A DNA stretch of 64,000 nt from the human T2T-CHM13v2.0 reference genome, Homo sapiens (GCF_009914755.1 NC_060947.1); one strand, 5' to 3'. Shown: positions 13,614 to 26,598, counted from the first letter of the stretch. The notes: generated from the sequence alone by a model not told the origin. Numbers and translations are program-made.

Positions 13614-14304
13614 TAGACAATTGTGTATGCTTTCTTCTTCATTTCCTTTGAACATCTTAGGAGCCTGCCATGCTATTTCTGCAACTTGATTAAAACTTGA
13701 TGAAGACAGGTGTTATCTTTTCAGTCAGAAGAAAGCTCCCCTCCTTAGTGCCTAGAACGGCAGGCGATTTTTCTTTCTTTCCCGTTTGAAGCTGTGTGTC
13801 AGGTGGCTGAAATGTGACCAGGTTTACTACCCAGTGGGAATGGGAGGCCTGTTTTTGGAGCGGAGAAAAACATCTTTCTACTGGCTTAATTATTTTCATT
13901 TTACAAAAGGTTTTTTGAGTCTGGTTTCAAAAGAATGGAGATTAGTGTGTTGCCTTTCATCTTACAATCCCTCAGGATTTGAAATGAACTCCACTTTTAC
14001 ATTTACTTAATTTTTTCTGTCAGCCTTGACTGGCATCAGATGCCCTAAACTATTATTTATGAGGAGGCATTTGACGTTCTGGTTCATTCATCCGTAATTT
14101 CTGTCCTACTTTACAATGGAAAAATTATCTCCTGTGTTCCAGCTGCCTGAGATCTCCCAAATCTAAGCATAGACGCAGAAACAACATTCAAGAGGGCATG
14201 GCCATAAACCTTTCCTACCCTTGTTAATGGTACAGCAAGTCCTAATACCATTTCCATCTAACAGATGTGAAAACCAAGTCATGACGTGATTTAAAATGTT
14301 TTCG

Positions 14305-14587
14305 AAACTAATGCAGGATCAGAAAACCAAATACCGCATTGTTCTCACTTATCTGTGGGAGCTAGAAATTGAGTACACGTGGACACAAAGAAGGGAACAA
14401 TAGACACAGGGGACTACTTGAGGGTGGAGGGTGGGAGGAGGGGGAGAATAAAAAAACTGCCTATTGGGTACTACGCTTACTACCTGGGTGATAAAATAAT
14501 TTGTACACCAAACCCTCATGACATGCAAATTACCTATATAACAAACGTGCACATGTACCCCCTGAACCTATAATAAAAGTTTAAAAA
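14305..14587 (+). mobile_element. L1 (L1PA15/16-like) 3' end
   Basis: aaactaatgcagg...gagggtggagggtgggaggagg...acatgtaccccctgaacc. Confidence 0.9.
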
Positions 14588-14712
14588 CCAAAAACTTTCT
14601 CAAGTTTGTACACTTGGGATGTATAGAACACGTCACTATATACATAGACAGTGAAAAATTACTGGAAGTATATAACAGACTAAAGTATTAGCAGAAGTTA
14701 TCTTTGGATAGT

Positions 14713-14770
14713 CTTTCTCCTCCCTTCCTTCCTCCCTCCCTCCCTCCCTCCCCCCTCTCTCTTTCTCTCT

Positions 14771-14838
<68 letters not shown>

Positions 14839-15000
14839 TTCTTTCTTTCTTTCTTTCTTTCTTCTTTCTTTCTCTCTCTCTTTCTTTCTTTCTTCTTTTT
14901 CTTTCTTTCTTTTTCTTTCTTTCTTTCTTTTTCTTTTTCTTTCTTTCTTTCTTCTTCTTTCTTTCTCTTTTGATTATTTCCTTCCTTCCTTCCTTCCTTC
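14713..15000 (+). repeat. Compound (CCTT)/(CCCT)/(CTTT)n polypyrimidine microsatellite
   Basis: About 290 bp of pyrimidines with a long perfect CTTT run; source of ORFs 14636..15151 and 14704..14973. Confidence 0.95.
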
Positions 15001-15233
15001 TATAATTATTTTTAATTTTCTCAACCTGCTTTAAGGCATTTATTAAAAACCCAAAGCTGACATCATAGTTGATGTTGAGACGAAATGCTTTCTGCCTCAG
15101 ATTAGACACAACATCATTGCAGAGGATGTGATTCCGAGTGTCAGAGGGCATAGCCTATGTTACGTGGCTGTCTGGTTGCAGTTTGGTTCATTTAGGAAAC
15201 CTTATATAAATGAAAGAAAAGCATTTCCAGAAG

Positions 15234-15609
15234 TGATATGGCTATGCTCTGTGTCTCCACCCAAATCTCATCCTGAATTGTAATCCCCATAATCTCCATG
15301 TGTCAAGGGTGGGACCTGGCAGGAGGTAATTTAATCATGGGAGTGGTTTTCCCCATGCTGTTCTCATGATAGTGAGGGGGTTCTCATACGGTCTGATGGT
15401 TTTATAAGTGTTTGACAGTTCCTCCTATGCATGCATTCTCTATCTCATCTGCTGCCATGTAAGACATGCCTGTTCATCTTCTGCAATGATTGCAAGCTTC
15501 CTGAGGCCTTCCCAGCTATGCAGAACTGTGAACCAATTAAACCTCTTTCCTTTATAAATTACCCAGTCTCAGGTATTTTTTCATAGCAGTGTGAAAACAG
15601 ACTGATACA
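15234..15609 (+). mobile_element. THE1D/MSTA-type MaLR solo LTR
   Basis: tgatatgg...cccaaatctcatc...ttataaattacccagtctcagg...gactgataca; perfect 5-bp TSD agaag. Confidence 0.95.
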
Positions 15610-15667
15610 AGAAGCCTCTTTTAAAATTATCTATCAGCTAGCATACAACTTATTAATAAAAATAGGC

Positions 15668-15703
15668 TACATGATGAAATATTATGCAGCCATAAAAAAG
15701 AAC

Positions 15704-15744
<41 letters not shown>

Positions 15745-16055
15745 AGAAACATGGATGGAGATGGAGGCCATAATCCTTAGCAAACTAATACAGGAACAGA
15801 AAACCAAATACCTCATGTTCTCACTTATAAGTGGGAGCTAAGTGATGAGAACTCATGAACAAAAAGAAGGGAACAACAGACAGTGGTATCTACTTGAAGG
15901 TGGAGGGTGGGAGGATGGAGAGGACCAGAAAAGATAACTATTGGGTATACCTGGGTGATGTGATAATAATCTGTACATTAAACCCCCATGACATGAGTTC
16001 AGTTATGTAACAAACCTTCACATGTACTCCTGAACCTAAAATAAAAGTTTGAAAA
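15668..16055 (+). mobile_element. L1 (L1PA13-16-like) 3' end with an internal T35 run
   Basis: gcagccataaaaaagaac...cttagcaaactaatacaggaacagaaaacc...aacctaaaataaaag. Confidence 0.9.
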
Positions 16056-16399
16056 GGTAAAAAACAATCTGATGTTTATCAGGCAGAAAATAGGCTTATC
16101 ATAGTAACTTTAAACCAGTAGAGAATAAGATGATTTTGAAGGAAGAAAATGCTTCCTGGATACTTTTTCTTTTGGTTTTTCTCTTCCAGCTATGTTGAAG
16201 TCAAATTCATTTGCAATAAGATTCACCCATTTTAAGTGTGTTGTGCAGTGATTTTGGCAATTGCCTGTAATCATTTCAAGACCACCACAGTTAAGATGTT
16301 AAGCGGTCTTTATTCCCTAAAGTATTTGTGTACTCAAATCCTCTTTGCAGCCAATCTCCATCCCCAATCGCCAGTCCCAGGAAACTACATCTGTGATTT

Positions 16400-16891
16400 C
16401 TTTTTTCCTTTTTTTTAATCAGAACTACATCCCTTGCTCTGGTAATACCTTCAATGTGAGTGTGCTGGTGCTATCCATCTGGCAACAGGGTGAACTCAGA
16501 GTTGGATCTCATGTTTTCACTTTGGTGTGAAGAATATTGACCCTCAGCCGGGCGCGGTGGCTCATACATGTAATCCCAGCACTCTGGGAGGCTGAGGCAG
16601 GTGGATCACCTGAGGTCAGGAGTTCGAGACCAACCTGGCCAACATGCTGAAACCCCGTCTCTACTAAAAATACAAAAAGAAAAAAATTGGCCAGGCGTGG
16701 TGGCAGGCGCCTGTAATTGCAGCTACTCAGGAGACTGAGGCACGAGAATAGCTTGAACCTGGGAGGCGGAGGTTGCAGTGAGCCAACGTCGAGCCACTGC
16801 ACTCCAGCCTGGGCAACACAGTGAGACTCTGTCTCAAAAACAAAACAAAAAACAAACAAAAAAAGAATATTGACTTTCATCATTTCTTACC
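16400..16891 (-). pseudogene. Retroposed C/D-box snoRNA copy (SNORD19-family-like 18S guide; possible parent SNORD136), interrupted by an Alu
   Basis: With the Alu removed, about 142 nt on the minus strand: C box ATGATGA (16877-16883), AGATCCAACT followed by CTGA (16496-16509), terminal CTGA (16419-16422) plus TT, then poly(A); TSD tctgtgattt at 16390-16399 and 16892-16901. Confidence 0.75.
16546..16862 (+). mobile_element. AluS (Sx-like), full length
   Basis: Dimeric Alu, AAAAC tail, TSD aagaatattgac(cc/tt)tc. Confidence 0.95.
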
Positions 16892-18603
16892 TCTGTGATT
16901 TTTGCCTGTTTGATTTCTTCATTACCAGAATTTTATATAAATGGAATTTAGATAGTATACATTTTTTAGTGTTTTATTTCTCTCACTAAGCTTAGTGCAT
17001 TTGCAGTTTATATTTTTGTGTGCATTTATGTTTTTGTTTCTTTTTTATTGCTGAGTGGTTTATTATTGTATGGAGATGACATGGTTTTCTTATCCACTCA
17101 CCAGTTGATGGAAGTTTGGCTTGTTTCCAGTTTTTGGCAATTGTGGTTAATGCTGGTATCCATATTTGTGTACATGTTTTTGTGGGAGTGCAGATTTTCA
17201 TTTTGCTTTGGTAACCCTGTAGGAGTGGGATTGTTAGGTTGTATGGCAAATATATATTTCACTTTATAAGAAACTGACAAACTGTCTTCCCAAGTGGTTA
17301 CACCGTTTTGCAGTGCAGGAGCATTGCAGCTGTTCTACGTGACTGCAAACACTTTTTAATGAGGAAGGAAGAGCTCTACAGGGCCAGAATACAGGCTGCA
17401 TGCTTTGATAAAAGTGACAACCATGTTAAAAAAGAATCATAAGACTATGTGACAGGAACTGCAGCAGCACATAGGAAGGAGAAGCCTTGACAATGGGGCT
17501 AAATGTGGTTGCAGCAGAAGTAATGTTTTAACTGATTCTTGAACTCTCTCTGAGTCAATTGTCTAGAAAGAGAGAATAATAAAGGCAAAAGGGTAAAGGC
17601 ATCTGTATTCCCTCCCTAGGGTTGCTGTAATAAGTTATCACAAACTGATCACAAGAGAGACAGGAAAAGGTTTTAGGGGAAGCCCAAAGCCTTGCCTTCC
17701 CTAGAGAAGTGAAAACAACACAAATCAAGATGCAAATAGCTATGTTTTTCACTCTGTCGTCAGCAAAGGAGGGTGGCATCCCCCTGTTCAATGTGATTTT
17801 TTTTTTTTTATTTCCTTAAGCTTAGCTCACAATGCACTACCCTGCCTGGTGTCATGTGGAATGGTAGTTCCTAGACCACATTTGTTATATGAAGAAACTT
17901 CAGACAGAGATAAACTTCAGTAGAGACTCAAGGAATGTTGGATGTGAAATCTTCTATGAGGAGAGTTGGAGTATATTCTTTTCTTTAAAAAGAGATGAGT
18001 ATAGGATATAGTCTTCCTGAGACTGTGCCCTCTGTTTCTCTTCTTTGAATATAAGGCAGGGAGAAAAAAGATCTCCCTGCTCAGTCCAGTGGAGCAATAT
18101 TACATGAAGGTTTTATTCAGCTGGTTACAAAACCTATATCAATGACTGTACTCAGAGGTATGTATCTTAGGTCCACATGCAAGAAAGGGTTCTTTTAATG
18201 TGAAACCAAATGCACAGAAAAAATGAGCCAACACAAACAAACACAAAATGCAGACTCCTAAACAAAGGATTCATGCTCCCAAGAAAATATGGCAACATTC
18301 TGAAATGCAAGAATGCTTTAGAAAATATCAACTTCACAGCCTCAATATCTGAATGGGAACTTGGCTCTATGAAGCTATTATTGGAAGAGACAAACCTGAG
18401 ATGCCATATGAAACAGGTTGTTCTGATGCCAGAGGGTGCATTCTTACCATGAGGTAACTCTGCTTCTTACCTAGAGCTCAGCAGAAATAGTGCATGACTA
18501 AGGAATTCTATACCCAGCTAGAGTGTCATATGTATGTCAAGGCAACAGGAAGATATTTTAACATATGCAATGCTGGTATCTCTTCCAAAAGAAGTTTACT
18601 CAT

Positions 18604-18895
18604 GGACCCGGCATGGTGGCTCATGCCTGTAATCTCAGCACTTTGGGAGGCTGAGGCAAGAGAATCACTTGAGATCGGGAGTTTGAGACCAGCCTGGCCA
18701 ACATGGTGAAACTCTGTGTCTACTAAAATTACAAAAATTAGCCAGACATGGTGGCACGCACCTGTAATCGCAGCTACTCGGCGGGCTGAGGCATGAGAAT
18801 CACTTTAACCCGGGAGGAAGAGGTTGCATTGAGCTGAGATCACACCACTGCACTCCAGCCTGGGTGACAGAGGAAGACTCTGCCTCAAAAAGAAA
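18604..18895 (+). mobile_element. AluS
   Basis: Dimeric Alu; TSD ending tttactcat on both sides. Confidence 0.95.
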
Positions 18896-20530
18896 GAAAA
18901 TTTTACTCATAGATGGTATTTAGGTCATAGAAAAATTGTTCAAAATGTGGCATTCTAAGTATTGAAATAAATTCATCATGAAAATATGTTGAAATTGTTA
19001 TATAGGACTAAATTCTAAGCACCAGGAAGGGACAATCACTAATCAAAAATGAAAACATGAATATAAGATTTTTAAAAAGTACATTTTGAAAAAATTTTTT
19101 CAATATGAAATGTACAGAAGACATAAGCACATTCTTGTAAACACTTAAAAATTACAAATGCTCATAGCCATGCTTATTGATGAGGAAATTGAGGGTAACT
19201 AATTAAGTGAAATACTGGTTTATAGCTAGTTATACAGATGGCTGATCCATAGTCCATTTTCTACTTGGAGTTTTATATTTACATTTTTGAAAATCTGCAG
19301 ACATCTTTACCACTGAAAACTTGGTATTATCTGCAACAAACTTATGAACTGCAGCTTCACAGCCTATTGATCAGGCAAAAATAAAAAAGATACCAGGTGT
19401 AGAAATACTCAGTTTACTGGTCCAAAAATATTTCGGATGATTAAGGCACTTGGGTTGGTGATTAAGATCTTGTGAAGAATGACGCAGCTGTTTGCTAGGA
19501 AGAAGTGATACAATTGCAACCATTGCTGGTGCAAAATGTACATGCCACCATGCATGTACTAAAAATGTGGCTTTTTCTTGTGTGCTGGAAAATTACTATA
19601 AAAATTTAACATTTTAAGTGTTTTGCAACATCTTTGATACTTTAATTGCAACTTCCTCTAGGAATAATTAGATGATTGATAGAGTTGGTAATTGTAGCTT
19701 CAGGTACAATTGTGACCTTTCAGATGAAGCTCTGAGCACGATCGATTGACCTCTTCTGCATTAAGTGATTTCATTAACTTCCATTATTTCTGTCTCATTT
19801 TTATTAGACTGGATTTCTTCTCATATTAGAAGAGAAAAATTTATCATAAGTGCAGTATAAAAATGTAAAATATGTGATACTATCAAACATAAAACGTATA
19901 TAGACACTGAATGATTGTATAGATTATCTGCAAATTACAATGAGACTGTGGAAATATTTATATGAAATAAGTGGTTCTGCATAATACTCTTGGCAAAATT
20001 TGCAAAAATAAAAATTTCAGTGAGAAGGTAATGGAATGGTTACAAAAGAAACATCATTTCGGACCATACCATGTTATTTAGGGATCATCTTTTTAAACTA
20101 AAAACATGTTAGTACCTTCTGAAAAAGTTATAAAACATCATAATTTCATTCATTACTTTTCAAAATATTTTTCAAAATATTTTTTATTTTGGGTGTCTTC
20201 CCATTTGGAAAAGAAAATGACTTTATAAATATTGTTTCAGGAAACGTCTCATAACTTATTAGGTTGAAACATAAACTATTTCCTCCTTTTATTTAAAATA
20301 AGCCACAACAAAATACCCATGCTGACATTAATAAACTATCTCTCATTCTATGGGATTTGTTTCTCTTTAAAACATTCGGTGAAAATATTGAAGATATCTG
20401 GAGCATTCTTCCTCAAAGAGCTATTAGGAAAATATGTGATATACTAACAAAATTAAAACAACCACCATGAACATTGGGATGCGCAACACTGATATTCAAC
20501 AACTAATATTTTCTCTGTTTCCCCTGTCTC

Positions 20531-20567
20531 TGTGTGTGTGTGTGTGTGTGTGTGTGTCTGTGTGTGT
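20531..20567 (+). repeat. (TG)n microsatellite in an L1MC-like remnant
   Basis: Interrupted TG run. Confidence 0.85.
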
Positions 20568-20954
20568 TGGTGTGAGTGTATGTACCACTTTTGCTAAACC
20601 TTTTGAAATTAAGTTGCATTCAACACAACAGTTTTCCCACATATTATAATTCAGCATACTTCAGAAATAAGATCTTTCTTCTATGTAACCACAACCAGGT
20701 TAGACACTCAAGTAAATTAGCAATAGCTAATGTGTTTTCTTAATCGGTTATTGAATTGAGTAGAGGGCTGAGTTAGTGGGGAAATAATAAAACTCTCCAG
20801 CTTTGAGGTTCTAGGATTCTACCATATTGTACAAAAAGTGGTGCAAGGTTCATGTTTTGATTATCTGTTGTTTTACATAAAATGTTCTTGATTTTGAGTA
20901 TGGCAGTGGCATTGAACAGAGAATAGATGGACTTCATTGTCAGGTAGTTCTGTG

Positions 20955-21110
20955 TTCCAGTTCTATGCCAGTTGTAAGTGGCATTAGGCATGATTTTAAT
21001 TTTGTTAACCTGAGTCTTCTTATAAAATAAGGATCACACAATAATACCTACACGTTCTTATATAATTAGAGAGGATGTGAAAGCATTTAAGGAGATGGCG
21101 TTGCACAGCA
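20955..21110 (+). mobile_element. MIR remnant
   Basis: Degenerate core ...ataaaataaggat...aataatacctac...gatgtgaaagcattt. Confidence 0.45.
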
Positions 21111-21835
21111 GAAAGAAAAATACAATTGTGGAATGAAATTGATCTGACTTTAAAATACAGGCATACCATATATTGGATTGTGGGCCAACCCCTTGAAACT
21201 CTGTGATTGTTGCTTTTACTCCTCTTATTAATTTTTATGCTTAACAGCATTCATTGTTAATCAGACCCTTTGCTTTTACTTCATTTTTTAGTCTTCTGGC
21301 TATTGTTATTGTTGGGTGAAATGGGTCAGTTGTCCCGTGTTGATTTATAAACATATCATTGGAGTCTAAGGCACTTTTAAAATTTGACCATCTTTAGTGT
21401 GCCGGTATGGAGTATTCATTCCTTTCTGGGAAAATGTAGTGCATTTGTGCACTTAATTCAGGCATCTGATTCACATGCTTTTAAAAACTATTACCAATGT
21501 GAGTTTCATCTCCAAGTCCATTTCTTAGTCAATATGATGTATTTTGGTGTTGTTTCTCCTAGTGAGTGAATTGGTAGACTATATATATATAATATATATA
21601 TATGAATGAATACATATATATCAAATATACACATATGTGTGTATACACACAGATACATACATATACATATATATACACACGCACATTAATTGCTTTGCCT
21701 GTTAAAATCTGTCTTGAGGTCCATGAAAACAGGATCCGAAGCTTTTCCCCTGATATGACCTCTTACTGTCTCCTCTCTTTGAGTGCGAATAAAACCTGTG
21801 ATCATAATGCAATGTCACTTCCATTATTATGTTAC

Positions 21836-22477
21836 TAATAGGTTGACTTTAAGAGGTTATTAGAGCCAGTCTTAGTGGCTTGTACCTATAATCCCAATAT
21901 ATTGGGAGGCTGAGATGAGAGGATTACTTGAGCCCAGGAGTTTGAGACCAGCCTGAGCAACATAGCAAGACCCTGTCTTTAAAAAAAAAATCAACCAGGT
22001 GTGATGGTGTGTGCCTGTAGTCCCAGATAGTTGAGAGGCCAAGGCAGGAGAATTGCTTGAGTCCAGGGGGTCAAGGCTGCAGTGAGCTGTGATCATGCCT
22101 CTGCATTCCAGCCTGGGCAACAGGGTGAGACCCTATCTCAAAAATAAATATATCAAATAAATTTTAAAAATTAAAAAAATTAAAAAGAAGTGATTAGATC
22201 ATGAGGGCTGTGTCATCATAAATGGATTAATACCATTATTGCAGGAGCGGGTGGTTATTGAGGAAGTGAGTTCCTAATGAGTTCAGTTCATTTTTTTCTC
22301 CCTGTCTTGTGTGTTCACTTCCACCTTTTGCCTTCTGTTTTGAGATAACCCTTGCCAGATGCTGACACTATGCTCTTGGACTTCCCAGACTCCAGAATCA
22401 TAAGCCAAATAACCTCTTTTTAATACATTCCCCAGTCTGTAGTATTCCATTATAACAGCAGAAAGTAGACTAAGACA
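21836..22477 (+). mobile_element. MSTD/MLT1A-like LTR (5' incomplete) interrupted by AluJ
   Basis: gattagatcatgagggc...ggacttcccagactccagaatc...cccagtctgtagtattcc...gactaagaca. Confidence 0.8.
21864..22182 (+). mobile_element. AluJ
   Basis: cttgagcccaggagtttgagacc, tcaaggctgcagtgagc, A-rich tail. Confidence 0.9.
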
Positions 22478-23382
22478 CCACCCAAACAAGATATGGATTT
22501 TGTGATATCTAACTGCTACACTTCCTTTCTACTCTCTCACCCCTTGTGCAATAGTTTCCACCGGTCCTCAGAATGAAGATCAGAGGTATCATGGGAGACC
22601 TCATGTCAGATGCTGGAGTGTCTTAAAGGAGTCAATTCTTTCACCTCCCAAGTATAAAAGGCACAGTATTTTATTGGAGCAGATGGTATGTTGTGGTCAC
22701 TGAGCTTTAAGGGCTGGATGTGTGAAGAAGTAAGGGAGATGCTCTGATATTACAAAGTATGAAGACTTGTTAAAAAATAATAGATCATCAGAGATCAACA
22801 ACTTTATCAAGGTTGTGCTTCTTCTTTACTCACTACAGCAAGAATGACAGACAGCAATAAATGGAGACTTTTAATGTTATCATCCTGGGAAGCCTATTAA
22901 GTTCTAGTGGTATTAAAATAGTAGAAATTGGTTGAATTCCTTTAAGGTGCATCTTTTCATAAATTAGTTGACTAATTGAGACTCCAAACTTTTAAAATAA
23001 CTGCAGCACTTTCTAAACTTGGGCTGAAGGAATTGTAAGAGAGGGATTTGGTATTCCCACAATGTCATTTATTATTCAGTTTCGACTTGGTACTTCCATA
23101 CCTCACTGCTTTTATTTTTCTTTTTCTTAACTCAACACAATGAAAGCCTTACAAATTTTAAAGGAAGCAAAGGGAATACCAGTGATTAAGAGAGAGCATA
23201 TCCTTAAATTTGCAAAGCAGTAATGCTGTTGGCATTTGAGCCAAGGCTGTAAAAATCTACTTTAAAATGCTTCCTAGTTCAGTATTTGCTGTATCCATCA
23301 ATTGTTTTTAAATTGAATTACTGTGATTCAAATAAACACATTTCCTAGAGGAGAAAGAACATAAAGTTTTAAGTAAAAAATA

Positions 23383-23560
23383 GTTCAATTCAGGGCCTGG
23401 TTTCATCTCTTACTATCTGTGAATTTGGACATGGTGTTTAACTGCTCTTGGCTTCCATTCCATCATCTCTGAAATAGCAACACCTGCCCAACAGGATAAC
23501 AGTAAAGATTCAATGAGATGAGAGAAATAAGATACATTTGTACACTGCAGAATGCCTCAA
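23383..23560 (+). mobile_element. MIR
   Basis: cttactatctgtgaatttggaca...catctctgaaat...aagattcaatgagatg. Confidence 0.55.
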
Positions 23561-25656
23561 AAGCAGAAGGTTTTGTCTTTATTATAGCACTTGTATATCT
23601 GAAATACCAGTTTTTCAGCATACACGTTTATTTAATGTGTGTTTAATAGACTTCTAACACCAGTCCAATATTTTTAGCATATGTGGTATCATAATGAAAA
23701 CAAAATCAAAGATACTCAGTTTTTCTAATAGTTTGGCAAAACTTTAGATTTGTGGTAAATCTTTGTATATTTATGGACTGGGATATTTATAGCAACCAAA
23801 TGTCAGCTGTGTAAGTAAGAAAAAGCAAATGTAGCTGCCCACGACAAAGAAACTTCAAGCCTCAAATGTCAGTATGGCCAAAGGTGAGAATCCCTGCTTT
23901 AAATTAAATTATTGGTATATAATATTGAGGGGTTGATTAAGTAATTAAGCATGGAATAGCTACTAATTGTCTTTATTGTGTAAGTGCTAGAGTGAGGTGT
24001 CTGGAGGGTTACTGGTTCCAAATAACATAAGAAATTCAACATGCCTTCAAGGAGCATATGATTTCTCAAAAGATCTTTTTGTGGGATTGACAGGAGTTTT
24101 GTTTTGCTTCTGAGTATGACAGAGGAAGGCAGAAAGAAGATTCAGGGCTGGACTGAGATAGGATCTCCCCATTCATGAATCCATTTAACAAGCATTCATA
24201 GAGTTTATGTTGTACAGAAGTAATAACAGATTAACAAAATCTGGAAAGTCCCACGGTATATGGAAAACCTGAGATGATTTAGTTATTTCTCTACTGTCAG
24301 TATCAAAAGCTACTGATCTGAAATATGGGAATGTAAAGCATTTATCACGTGTGTCACAAAATAAAGTGAGGAGTAAAAAATAAAAAGCTTTTAATCTAGG
24401 AAGCACCAACCAATATGGAAAGTTTTCATGCTGATAGTTCATCCCACAATGCTAGAAGAAGGCCAAGATTCTCCTGACCGTTCTACAGAGTCCACATTGT
24501 TTCTCTCACTCCACATGGATCGTTTTGGGTGGCTGTTTTGCTTTTAACATCCAGGCACTGAGTGTATTCCCTTAATAGAATGATTCTGAAATAGTTATTG
24601 GACTAATTCATTGAACTCGTGTGTCACACCATTACCATTAAGGAAGTCTCTCTTCTGCTTGATATCCAGGGCCCAAACTCTCTCCCGTTTGGACTTAGAA
24701 AGTTATATATTTTCCCAAAGTATGCTTACTCTAACTGTCTTCATATTTTCTTGAAAAGTCAATCAATGAGAATCACAAGACCATGTTAATACATGCACAT
24801 ATATTAAATCAGGGGTAATGACATTTGGGATTAGAGATTTAAAAGTATGTATATATCATTACAACATAAGTTTTAGCTCAACGCTGTGAGCTCAATGTTT
24901 ACGCTTCTCAATAATTTTTAGTGCTATTTATTTTTTGGCTGCTTTTAATTCTTTCTCCTGGGGTAACACAGAGCAAAATCGTGCTCGATTTAAAAATTCT
25001 TTCAAATGTTTGGAAATAGTGACTTGTATCCATGTTTTCTTTTTGAACTAAAAAGCCTAGGCAACCTAGGCTTTTTCTGATGCAATAATCACAGGATTAT
25101 ACTTCCTTTCATTGATTTTTTATTTTTGTTTTTAGGAGTTTTGCCAGAGATGAGTCAAATACCATTCAGCATTCACCTTAGGGAAAGCTCATTATTCCCC
25201 ATTTGTTAGGACCCCTCACCAAACCACAAACTGTGCCACTGAACTATCAGTTCTGGTGTATGTGAGCCAAGAGAATAAGGGTGCATACAGATAATTGATT
25301 TTTTGGCATATTGATGGAAAGACTGTTGTGTTACACTCCTCAATCCCTGAGGACCAGGATGGAGTGTGTGTTAGGTGCAGGCTGATTTCTGCTTAATTGG
25401 TGTTTTTCCTCTCACTTACTCAGCATTTCGCTTTACATCCGAATCTGACACCCCGCTCTCTCCCATTTGTCCATCTGTCTGTAGAAGGTCTGCGTGGGAG
25501 AGGAACCAAGCCAGCCATCTCATGGCAAGATCCATGGTTTTATTGCAGGAAGAAGCGTCTGGCCATGTCTGATAGGTTTTAGACACAGATGGTGGGAGAC
25601 TCCTTTCCAATAACATAACTGACTTCCAGTGGGAAGAAATAAAAGTTGGTTCCAGG

Positions 25657-26102
25657 TGAGAATGAAAAGAATTTTTATCTGAGGAATACAAGTCCTTTTA
25701 AATGATCAGCCATTAAAATGAGACAGCAATTGCATCTTGCTTCTCCCAGGAGCAATGTATTTATCTCTTGAAACTACTGTCTATTGCCATGGGAGCTATA
25801 AATTAACCTAATAATGCTGCACCTCACACTATAACCCACAGCCTATAGCTTGACAACATATAGTCAATCACAAATCAATGTTATTTCTGTAAACAAATGA
25901 GAATTTCTGACAAAAAACTTTGTATCAGCTCACTCCTTGTCCATCTTTTTGGCCTTTGAAATCCAGTCATAACTGCTAACCATGAGAGTGTACATTCAGA
26001 GCAGTCTGAATTTTTTCTCCTGGTTTGCAATCTTCAAGCTTGGCCCACATACACTCTCTACTTATATTAATTTTGCCTACACTTTTTCCTTTTAGGTCAA
26101 CA
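25657..26102 (+). mobile_element. ERV1 (MER4-group) solo LTR
   Basis: tgagaa...ttttatctgaggaat...aagcttggccc...ttttaggtcaaca; TG...CA ends; subfamily uncertain. Confidence 0.7.
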
Positions 26103-26163
26103 CATGTTACCCTTTATCCAAAGGGTCTCATTAAGAGATGAACGATATAAATGCAGCTCAAGT

Positions 26164-26598
26164 GTATTATAATTAATTGTTTCTGTATATTATGATGTTT
26201 TGATATCTTCAATTGCTTCTCTGGCTAGGGAGGGATGGCCCCTCCTGGGGTGAGCCAACTCTTAGAGATAACAGAGAGACCAGTCAAGGGCATGGCTTTG
26301 ATGTGCAGACTAACCGGTCCAGAACCACACCTCCCCTAGGGAGCCCATACACCCCAGAGCGCATTATTCCTCTGCCTTAATCATCCTGGGGCCAGGGGCC
26401 ACGAAACTAGAGGCCATCCCTACAGCCCACAGTCTGCAGAATTATTCAAGCAAGTCACTCCTAAACCGTTCACCCTATCCTCTCCTGCCTTTCCCACAGA
26501 AACCCCAATAAAGGCAGTGCCTTAAACATTCCCTTGGCTTCTGGCTTCTGCCTCCTGCCCCATGATGGTGTCTTTCCCAGGTGGTTCTGTGTAGCACG
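26164..26598 (+). mobile_element. MER74/MER54-like ERVL LTR (3' truncated)
   Basis: gcccctcctgggg...gccaactcttagagata...cagaattattcaa...ccacagaaaccccaataaaggc. Confidence 0.7.

Larger units (their letters stand above)
16175..17320 (-). mobile_element. Old L1M (L1MB/MC-like) 3' region, host of the snoRNA retrocopy and Alu
   Basis: attcacccattttaagtgt...aattttatataaatggaat...ggagtgggattgttagg...ataagaaactgacaaactg. Confidence 0.75.

Noticed and set aside
14636-15151. 171-aa KERK-repeat ORF
   Set aside because: Translation of the (CTTT)n microsatellite
12771-16055. Three same-strand L1 3' stubs within 3.3 kb as a possible tandem duplication
   Set aside because: Different truncation points, subfamily features and flanks indicate independent insertions
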